A stretch of 64,000 bases of DNA. It comes from an uncultured Bacteroidales bacterium. Lineage in GTDB: Bacteria > Bacteroidota > Bacteroidia > Bacteroidales > B18-G4. Shown here in pieces: positions 41,423 through 48,564 of the stretch. The notes beneath the pieces were generated by a model. That model ran no database searches and was not told the origin of the DNA. It was given only the letters and a program-made list of their open reading frames with translations. Numbering within the stretch: position 1 is the stretch's first letter; every line of letters begins with the position of its first letter. Location of the stretch: positions 3,900-67,899 of the forward strand of contig CAZHFC010000016.1 of assembly GCA_964531985.1 (NCBI GenBank), written 5' to 3'. Made by a program: the position numbers and the translations under genes.

Positions 41423-42460
41423 TTATTGGATCACAAGTTTTCGGGTTAAACTGCTTCTTTCCGACCTCAGTTCCACGAAATAGCAGCCCTGACTGAGACC
41501 AGACAGGTCGATCCTGCCATTCCGGGCATTTTGCCTTAACATTTCCCGGCCCTGCAGGTTATAGATGATGATCTCTCCGGCCGGAAGATCTTCACTGTAC
41601 AGGATATGCACAGCGTTTTTGGCGGGGTTCGGATAAAGACTGAACCCAATGTTTTCAGGGCTTTCTATTCCCGAGGGTGATTCATATTCGGCCAGGTAAT
41701 GAACGGAATAAAGGCCTTTATCCCAAAGGAATTCCATAATGGTCAGTACAGGCACTTTGATATTGGGAGCATACCAGGTATAACTGACATCGGTAAATTC
41801 ACCCAGGTAGAACCAGGGTTCACCGATATCGAACCTGTACCATGAATGGATGACTGATGTGGTTTTCAGGCGCAACACGCCGGGATAGGTATCCACAGGT
41901 GTTGTAATGGAACCCCAGGCATCGGCCTCAACGGTGACCTGGCCTGAATCGCGCATCACATAATAGCCCATATCTACCGAATACATAAGTAATTCGGTGT
42001 TGAAATCGAAATCGTCTCCGTATGTCATCGGAAACTGCAGGTCGGTATAGCTGGTCAGATAATTGGTAAAGCTGGTATTTCCGGCCTGATGCCAGCCCAT
42101 GGCAAGTATCTCGCGTGAACCGGCATTCGATTTATAGTACTGGTAGGGCCCATCATCGGAGGCAAATAATTTGGTGGCGATATTTGCCCCTGCGGCGCCG
42201 GAAGAATCGGCAAAGGGTGTGTTGGACGGATCTACACAAATGGCGGCATCGCCCTCAAAGAAACCGCTTCCGGAAATGACTTCAAAGTCCCATACCTGAT
42301 TGGCTCCGGCTCCGCCCGGATCAATGCTAGTTACTTCATTATAGCCATCCAGGCGGTAATAATCGCCAATGGCAAAGTTCAGGTTATTGTTCAGCACCGG
42401 TTGTGCAAACAAGCCCTGCATGCTAAAAAGCACAATAAATAAGAGGATCGTTCTTTTCAT
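41423..42460 (-). CDS. Secreted protein with T9SS C-terminal sorting domain
   Basis: Signal peptide and C-terminal LYPNPAKNAVHI...QGCYFVEL...RKLVIQ. The N-terminal domain is unassigned. Confidence 0.7.
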   Translation of the reverse strand: MKRTILLFIVLFSMQGLFAQPVLNNNLNFAIGDYYRLDGYNEVTSIDPGGAGANQVWDFEVISGSGFFEGDAAICVDPSNTPFADSSGAAGANIATKLFASDDGPYQYYKSNAGSREILAMGWHQAGNTSFTNYLTSYTDLQFPMTYGDDFDFNTELLMYSVDMGYYVMRDSGQVTVEADAWGSITTPVDTYPGVLRLKTTSVIHSWYRFDIGEPWFYLGEFTDVSYTWYAPNIKVPVLTIMEFLWDKGLYSVHYLAEYESPSGIESPENIGFSLYPNPAKNAVHILYSEDLPAGEIIIYNLQGREMLRQNARNGRIDLSGLSQGCYFVELRSERSSLTRKLVIQ

Positions 42461-42925
42461 AGTTTTTTGTTTTGGGGTTTATAATTCTTTTTTTTTATCC
42501 GGATCATTAAAATGATCAAATATCTTTTTTAAGGCTTCTTTCCTTATCCGAATATTTTTTTTCTTATCGGACAATTGCCGGTTTTGGCCTTCCGCTTTTT
42601 TCCTTCCTGAACCAGCTGTTTTTTTTTCCTTGCCTTTCATTTTTTGCCGTTGGGATGTAAAATTACCACAGCTAATTACCGAACGCCACAAAAACCGGGT
42701 TGTAATAGGTTGCCGGGGCTGTTTCAAAAAGTAGCAAAATCAGGATTTAGCTGATTAGCAAGGGTTACAGAAGGAGAAATAATCCCAGTCGGGGTTTGTA
42801 GGGAAAGGCCATTGTAAGGGATTGCTTATGCCGTTTGTGCAGAAAAGCGTGGTTATCCGGCAGCTGACCTTATATGACTAAGCCGGTTTCCGTGAAATGC
42901 TTTCAGTGATAATTCCAGGATCTGA

Positions 42926-44719
42926 TCAGAGTTTCATCAGGCAGGGAACGAGGCTGTCGTCTGACTGCAGGCCCAGCTTCTTTCTCAGGCGGTACCGGGT
43001 CGACTTGATCCCTGCTTCCGACTTATAGGTTACGGCGGCAATTTCCTTTGTGCTGAGGTTGAGTTTCAGGAAGGCCGCTACCTTGATCTCGGCGGGCGTC
43101 AGGTCGGGGCATCTGATCAGCAGCCTCTGAAAGAAATCGCTGTGGATATTCTTGAATATCTTTTCAAATTCATTCCATGAATTATCCCGCAATTGTGCTT
43201 CGAGGCCGGCAACAATGCCATTCACCTCGTTGTACAGTTCCTCTGATACATTATGTTTACGGCTGAAGCTTTCCAGTTTTTCGATGATATCGCCGATGGT
43301 TTCGTTCATTCGCAGCATTTCAAGGGCTTTTGAAGCCAGTTCCCGGTTTTTCGCTTCCAGTTGTTTTTCCAGCAATTGCTGCTCCTTATCCTTTAATTCA
43401 CTTTGTTGCCAATGGATCGTCTTTTCCTGCTCGTAGATCTTCCTGCGGCGTTTCATGGCATTGGTTTTCATGCGGAAGAGAAACAACAACAGCAGAAGGA
43501 TGGCTGCCATGGCAATAATGGATAATGTCAGGATCAGGTTATTCTTGGCCTGGATCTCGTTCCTGCTTTTCCATAGCTTGATTTCACTGTCTTTCCGGCT
43601 GACCTGGAATTTCAGTTCCAGTTCGCGGATGATTTTTTCCCGGTTCGCTGCGGCGAGGCTGTCCTTCAGGCTTGCACCCAGTATGTTGTAGTCATAGGCT
43701 TCCTGATAACGTCCGTTAAGCGCCATGAGCGATGCCAGGGAGGCGTAGATATCGCTCATGAGGCTGGGATTGCTTATCCTGCGGGCAATTGCCAGGGCGG
43801 CGAAGGAGTTTTCGAGGGCATTTTCGCCATGACCAAGATGATGTTGTGCCTCGGCCAGTTTGTATAAATTAATGCATATGCCCGTGTCGTCGTTCAGGGA
43901 GGAAAAAATTCCCATTGAGGTTTCAAACATTTCTCCGGCTTCCCGGTAGTGTCCTGTTTTGAGCAGTAGTTTCCCGATAGTGAACTGCATGCTGGCTATG
44001 CCACGGGGCTCCTCCAGTCCTGATTTGATCTCCAGCACCTTTTCGTAGTATATCAATGCCGAATCATTCATACCCAGGGATTCATATACCATACCGATCC
44101 CGCCCAGGTTTGTTGCCTCGTCCGATAGCCGGCCAATTCCCCTGTTCAGGGCCAGTGCCTCCTGAAAATAGCCGATGGCCAGATCCGGTTCGGAGCGGTG
44201 CAGGTGCAGGCTTCCCAGGCTGTGACAGCCGATTGCCATTAGTTGCTTATCGCCCGATATTTCGCTGAGCCTGACCACTTCCTGAAAATCGGCAATGGCA
44301 TTCAGCTGGTCGCCGTTGATGTTGTGAATGGCCCCGATGGCAAAATGATATTGCGCAAGGCCTTCGATGTTTCCGGTCTCTTCAAAAATGGCCCTGGCCT
44401 TTTCGAGGTATCCGTGTCCCAGATCGTATTCATCCTTATAATAGTACGCCCTTCCCTGCCAGAGCAGGCTACCGGCGATGCCTTGTTTGTAATTGAGTTC
44501 TGTGGACAGCACCAGGGCTTCCTGCAGATAAAGAAGGGCTTTTTCAAAGTCCCTGCTGCAATAATTCTTGCCCAGGTCGATCAGCAGATTAGCCCTGGCT
44601 GTGTCGGGTGGCATGGAGAGCAGCATTTCTTCCTTCCCCTCAAAATCAAAGGAGTGTAATGGAAAAGCCTTTATGCAAAGCAGGGCTGACAGAATGATGA
44701 CCGGTATTATTTTGTACAT
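42926..44719 (-). CDS. Membrane-anchored TPR-repeat transcriptional regulator with C-terminal LuxR-type HTH
   Basis: The order is signal/anchor, about 8 TPR-like repeats, one TM helix (LILTLSIIAMAAILLLLLFLF), a coiled coil, then a LuxR/GerE HTH (LTPAEIKVAAFLKLNLSTKEIAAVTYKSEAGIKSTRYRLRKKLG). Start at the ATG at 44719. Confidence 0.8.
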   Translation of the reverse strand: MYKIIPVIILSALLCIKAFPLHSFDFEGKEEMLLSMPPDTARANLLIDLGKNYCSRDFEKALLYLQEALVLSTELNYKQGIAGSLLWQGRAYYYKDEYDLGHGYLEKARAIFEETGNIEGLAQYHFAIGAIHNINGDQLNAIADFQEVVRLSEISGDKQLMAIGCHSLGSLHLHRSEPDLAIGYFQEALALNRGIGRLSDEATNLGGIGMVYESLGMNDSALIYYEKVLEIKSGLEEPRGIASMQFTIGKLLLKTGHYREAGEMFETSMGIFSSLNDDTGICINLYKLAEAQHHLGHGENALENSFAALAIARRISNPSLMSDIYASLASLMALNGRYQEAYDYNILGASLKDSLAAANREKIIRELELKFQVSRKDSEIKLWKSRNEIQAKNNLILTLSIIAMAAILLLLLFLFRMKTNAMKRRRKIYEQEKTIHWQQSELKDKEQQLLEKQLEAKNRELASKALEMLRMNETIGDIIEKLESFSRKHNVSEELYNEVNGIVAGLEAQLRDNSWNEFEKIFKNIHSDFFQRLLIRCPDLTPAEIKVAAFLKLNLSTKEIAAVTYKSEAGIKSTRYRLRKKLGLQSDDSLVPCLMKL

Positions 44720-44837
44720 AATACGATGGCGGACCGGATTTAATCGCTTAGGAAAACATGAATGCCGGCACATGTCCGCTAACAAATATAATGATATTTC
44801 GATAAGGATTGAAAAACAAACGGCCAATATTGTTTTT

Positions 44838-46181
44838 TCAAAGCCTGAGCAGTTTCACATCGGGATGCCTTCGCAGGTATCCCCTGATAATAACCTGCAC
44901 ATCTTTGTTATCGGCATACGGCCTGATGCAGTCCTCAAGCTTATTGGTATTGCCGTCGTTTTCACGGCCGCTGAATCCAAAGCCCCTGTAGCTGCCATGG
45001 CTGACCTTTACCACGGCGATTTCGTTTTCGTTCCTGCCCTGGTCCAACAGCAGGAAATTGTATTCGGGATTCACATATTTTTCCAGTGCCTGGTTTACCC
45101 TTGCATTATAATCTTCGTGCGGTTCCCTGCCCGTGCAGGCACCTTTGCATCGCCTCACCTGTTGGTAGAAGCAGGCTCCTTCCGACTGGTAGAGTCCGCA
45201 CAGCTTCTGGCAGAGTTCGTATTCATCGCACAGGAACTGCAAATGTGCATTGGCTTCTTTTCGGGTTGCATAGGATGTGAGCGGCATTTCCCCGTCGCGC
45301 AGGGGCTTTACAAGCAGCCGGGTATATTCACCTGCCATTTGGCAGGCATAGAGTCCATAGCGGTAAAGCGTTCTTCGCTGGGAGCGGTTATAGATTGGTT
45401 TACGTTTCTTGATCTCATCTGATTCGAGCAGCAGGGCGATGAGTTCGCTTCCAGTCAGTTCCCAATGGATATCGGCCACGCGCTCGCGCATTTCGATTGC
45501 GCGCCTGGTGTTGTTGTTGCTAAGGTGTGAAAGCACGCGTTCGCGGATATTAAGACTTTTCCCGACATAAATGATCTCTCCTGCCCCATCAATGAAATAA
45601 TATACTCCGGTTTCTTCAGGGAGCTTGTCGGTAACCTTTTTGCTTAGGTTGGAATTAAGCCCTTTAAGTGAGAGCTTTATCAGATCGTCTTCCAGTGATC
45701 GCAGGTGTTCAAAGAGTTTCACTGTGGCCAGTGCATCTCCGGCAGCTCTGTGTCGGCTTTCATTTTTTATATCAAGTTCCTTGCAGAGATTGCCTAGTCC
45801 GTAGGAAGGTCTTTTGGGAATGAGTTTCCTGCTCAATTGTTTAGTACAAAGGGTTTTTCGTTTATAATCATAAAAAAGCCGTTTGAATTCCGCGCGCAGG
45901 AAGCGATAATCGAATGATACATTGTGTCCTACGATGATCCTGTCTTCAGTCATTTCCACGATTTTACGGGCCACTTCGCAGAAGCGGGGCGCACCGGCCA
46001 CCATCCGGTTGCTGATGCCTGTGAGTGCAGTTATCTGGTACGGGATGCGTTTTTCAGGGTTCAGCAGTTGCTGGTATTGGCCCGTAATGGTATTTCCGTC
46101 GTGCAGGTATACGGCAATCTCGGTAATCCTTTCCGTGGCGGGGTTTAAGCCCGTGGTTTCCAGGTCGATGATGGCGAACAT
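44838..46181 (-). CDS. DEDDh (DnaQ-like) 3'-5' exonuclease fused to a GIY-YIG / UvrC-N-terminal-like nuclease (Cho-like)
   Basis: Exo motifs (IIDLETTGL, VGHNVSFDYRFL, HRAAGDALAT), GIY-YIG (GVYYFIDGAGEIIYVGKSLNIRERV) and a Cys-rich UvrC-like stretch (ACFYQQVRRCKGACTG). Confidence 0.85.
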   Translation of the reverse strand: MFAIIDLETTGLNPATERITEIAVYLHDGNTITGQYQQLLNPEKRIPYQITALTGISNRMVAGAPRFCEVARKIVEMTEDRIIVGHNVSFDYRFLRAEFKRLFYDYKRKTLCTKQLSRKLIPKRPSYGLGNLCKELDIKNESRHRAAGDALATVKLFEHLRSLEDDLIKLSLKGLNSNLSKKVTDKLPEETGVYYFIDGAGEIIYVGKSLNIRERVLSHLSNNNTRRAIEMRERVADIHWELTGSELIALLLESDEIKKRKPIYNRSQRRTLYRYGLYACQMAGEYTRLLVKPLRDGEMPLTSYATRKEANAHLQFLCDEYELCQKLCGLYQSEGACFYQQVRRCKGACTGREPHEDYNARVNQALEKYVNPEYNFLLLDQGRNENEIAVVKVSHGSYRGFGFSGRENDGNTNKLEDCIRPYADNKDVQVIIRGYLRRHPDVKLLRL

Positions 46182-46190
46182 GTGACGGTT

Positions 46191-46991
46191 TTACAGATTG
46201 AGCCTGGTTTGTATTTCCATGACCTGCTTTTTAAGGCTCTGTACCTCCTCCATCAGCTTTTCTTTTGGCATGTTTGGCTCCGGCACTTCGGCACTGATGT
46301 AGTGTACGAATTTCCAGACCTCCCTGATCCGGGATGCTTCGATGGTATATGGTTCGAAGAGCGGGTTGAGGGATATCAGTTTCAGTTTTCCATCCTTTCT
46401 GATCAGGTTTTCCACCACCTTGAAAACGATGCCGTCGTCGAGGGTGAGGATGATATAGGGATAATTGCTCCGGATCATGGTCCAGTTCTCGACATACTCG
46501 CCTGTTACCCATGATTTGTCGGGGATGGGCAGCATGGAGTCGCCGCTGATCTGGAATGTACGGTATTTGCGGTCGCGCGAGAGGAAGGGAAGCTGGAAGG
46601 TTGGCAGCACCCTGATGAAGTCGGGGTCGGCGAAGCCATGCGTATAGCCTGCCGAGGCCTTTTCGTTCACCAGTTCGATGTTCTCGTTGTTCTCATTGTC
46701 GACCGTGGTGGCCAGCACCCGCAGCTTGCTGCCTTTCAGGTAGACGTCGTAGCCTCTTTCCACCTGCGAGAGCTGGCTTTCGCTCAGCTGCGACAGGTCG
46801 ATGCGGATAAGTGTGTCGATGGCGATATTGAAGTATCCGGAGAAAGCCATCAGCGCTTCGATGCCCGGCTGGGCAACCTGGTTCTCGTAACCGCTGAGCG
46901 TGGAGCGCTTCATTTCCAGCGCATGGGCCACGTCGTCCTGGGTGCGGCCCCGGCGCTTGCGGAGTAATTTGATATTTGAACTAAAATACAT
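46191..46991 (-). CDS. XRE/CI-type HTH + S24 peptidase repressor (non-canonical LexA-like)
   Basis: N-terminal HTH (IKLLRKRRGRTQDDVAHALEMKRSTLSGYE), a candidate Ala-Gly cleavage site (KASAGY), the S24 nucleophile motif (ISGDSMLP) and a downstream Lys. It starts 10 bp downstream of the exonuclease stop, and the ATG at 46991 is used as its start. Confidence 0.85.
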   Translation of the reverse strand: MYFSSNIKLLRKRRGRTQDDVAHALEMKRSTLSGYENQVAQPGIEALMAFSGYFNIAIDTLIRIDLSQLSESQLSQVERGYDVYLKGSKLRVLATTVDNENNENIELVNEKASAGYTHGFADPDFIRVLPTFQLPFLSRDRKYRTFQISGDSMLPIPDKSWVTGEYVENWTMIRSNYPYIILTLDDGIVFKVVENLIRKDGKLKLISLNPLFEPYTIEASRIREVWKFVHYISAEVPEPNMPKEKLMEEVQSLKKQVMEIQTRLNL

Positions 46992-47063
46992 AGTTGAATT
47001 GATTGAATTGGTTAAATCAGTTGAATCAGTTAAATCGGTTGAATCGGTTGAATTTGTTGATAG
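46992..47063. repeat. Eight tandem 9-bp units (NNGTTRAAT) abutting the repressor start codon
   Basis: The units read agttgaatt gattgaatt ggttaaatc agttgaatc agttaaatc ggttgaatc ggttgaatt tgttgatag. The ORF-track N-terminal extension (STDSTDLTDSTDL) is just this repeat translated. Confidence 0.75.
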
Positions 47064-47067
47064 GACA

Positions 47068-47134
47068 CACCTCACCCCTTAACTCCCAACCCCTTTTCCC
47101 CTCTCCTCTGAGGAGAGGGGCCAGGGGTGAGGTG
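47068..47134. repeat. GC-rich nested hairpin element (REP-like)
   Basis: The outer stem cacctcacccct (47068-47079) pairs with aggggtgaggtg (47123-47134). The inner stem is cccctctcc / ggagagggg around a 5-nt loop. Confidence 0.7.
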
Positions 47135-47147
47135 CATATTTTATTAT

Positions 47148-47250
47148 AAAAACTTGCATGTCGTACCAATTAATGATTATATTGTAATCGAAAAAATGAT
47201 TAATATTTAATCAAAGATAATACAATCAAAATATATAATGCAAGTTTTTT
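47148..47250. promoter_or_regulatory. Imperfect ~100-bp palindromic divergent control region with candidate operator half-sites
   Basis: The outer inverted repeat is aaaaacttgcat (47148-47159) / atgcaagttttt (47238-47249). The central perfect inverted repeat is tgattaa-tat-ttaatca (47197-47213). TGATT/AATCA words recur at 47174, 47197, 47209, 47224 and 47252. Confidence 0.4.
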
Positions 47251-47262
47251 TTGATTTTTTTT

Positions 47263-48411
47263 ATGATGGGCGATAAAAGGCAGATCATTCACCTCGACCT
47301 CGACACTTTTTTTGTGTCGGCGGAGCGGCTGTTAAACAGTCGCTTGATTGGCAAACCCGTCATTATTGGCGGGCTTTCAGATCGTGGCGTGGTGGCAAGC
47401 TGCAGTTACGAGGCACGCCGTTTCGGGGTACATTCGGCCATGCCGATGAAGACGGCCAGGGCCCTGTGCGGGGATGCTGTTGTTATAAGGGGCGACATGG
47501 ATCTTTATTCGCGTTATTCCGAAATGGTTACGGAGGTCATTGCCGAACGTGCCCCCTTGTATGAAAAGGCGTCGATCGACGAGCATTATATCGACATCAC
47601 GGGTATGGACCGTTTCTTTGGCTCGCTGAAGTGGACGCAGGAGTTGCGCAGCCACATCATCAGGCATACCGGCCTGCCTATATCCTTCGGCCTCTCGGTG
47701 AACAAGACCGTGTCGAAGATCGCCACCGGCGAGGCCAAGCCCAACGGGCTGCTGCAGGTACTGCAGCCTGAAGTGCAGTCGTTCCTCGCTCCGCTCCCGG
47801 TAAGCAGGATACCCATGGTTGGCAAAAAGGCATACGAGATATTGCGATCGATGGGCGTTTCGCGGATCGAAACCCTGGCAGGCATCCCCCCGGAAATGAT
47901 GGAACGCCTGATGGGAAAAAACGGCATACTGCTGTGGAAGAAGGCCAACGGCATCGACAACAGCCCTGTGCAGCCATATTCGGAACGGAAGTCGATCAGT
48001 TCCGAAAGCACTTTCGAAAACGATACCACCGATGCCGGCAGGATGAAGGAGATCATCGGCACAAAGATTGAAAAGCTGGCTTTTGAGCTCAGGAAGAAGC
48101 AAAAACTCACTTCCTGCATCACGATAAAGATCCGCTATGCCAATTTCGACACCCACAGCCTGCAAAAGCGCATCCCATACACGGCTTTCGACCATGTGCT
48201 CATCCCCCTCGGGAAAGAGCTTTTCGGGAAGTTGTACCAGCGGCGGATGCTCATCAGGCTGGTGGGTGTCAGGTTCAGCCACCTGGTGAGCGGGGTGCAG
48301 CAACTCAACATGTTCGAAGACACGCCGGAGATGGTGAATTTGTATAATGCGATGGATAAGATACGACTGAGGTATGGTAAAAGAGCCATCCGGAGAGCGG
48401 TGGGTTTATGA
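47263..48411 (+). CDS. dinB: Y-family DNA polymerase IV (DinB-like, catalytic residues present)
   Basis: IIHLDLDTFFVS and SIDEHYIDIT align with E. coli DinB D8 and D103/E104. SCSYEARRFGVHSAMP is also present, along with the little-finger region. Confidence 0.9.
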   Translation: MMGDKRQIIHLDLDTFFVSAERLLNSRLIGKPVIIGGLSDRGVVASCSYEARRFGVHSAMPMKTARALCGDAVVIRGDMDLYSRYSEMVTEVIAERAPLYEKASIDEHYIDITGMDRFFGSLKWTQELRSHIIRHTGLPISFGLSVNKTVSKIATGEAKPNGLLQVLQPEVQSFLAPLPVSRIPMVGKKAYEILRSMGVSRIETLAGIPPEMMERLMGKNGILLWKKANGIDNSPVQPYSERKSISSESTFENDTTDAGRMKEIIGTKIEKLAFELRKKQKLTSCITIKIRYANFDTHSLQKRIPYTAFDHVLIPLGKELFGKLYQRRMLIRLVGVRFSHLVSGVQQLNMFEDTPEMVNLYNAMDKIRLRYGKRAIRRAVGL

Positions 48412-48474
48412 AACTCTAAATCCTAATGTTCTAAATTCTAAACAAATTCTAATGACACAAATTCGAATGTTACA

Positions 48475-48542
48475 AAGCCCCTCTCCCCCTGCCTCCCTCT
48501 CCCTGGGGAAAGGGGGCCGGGGGTTAAGGGGTGAGGGGCTTT
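48475..48542. repeat. GC-rich hairpin element (REP-like), second copy type
   Basis: aaagcccctc (48475-48484) pairs with gaggggcttt (48533-48542) around a C-tract/G-tract core. It is preceded by AT-rich ctaaat/ttctaa word repeats at 48415-48474. Confidence 0.65.
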
Positions 48543-48564
48543 AAATGTCGTAATACCTAATACT

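Noticed and set aside
46992-47075. N-terminal extension of the S24 repressor (MRCVLSTNSTDSTDLTDSTDLTNSINST)
   Set aside because: The extension is only the 9-bp tandem repeat translated. The canonical HTH begins right after the ATG at 46991.
47377-48303. 308-aa minus-strand ORF
   Set aside because: It is antisense to dinB and has no recognisable features.
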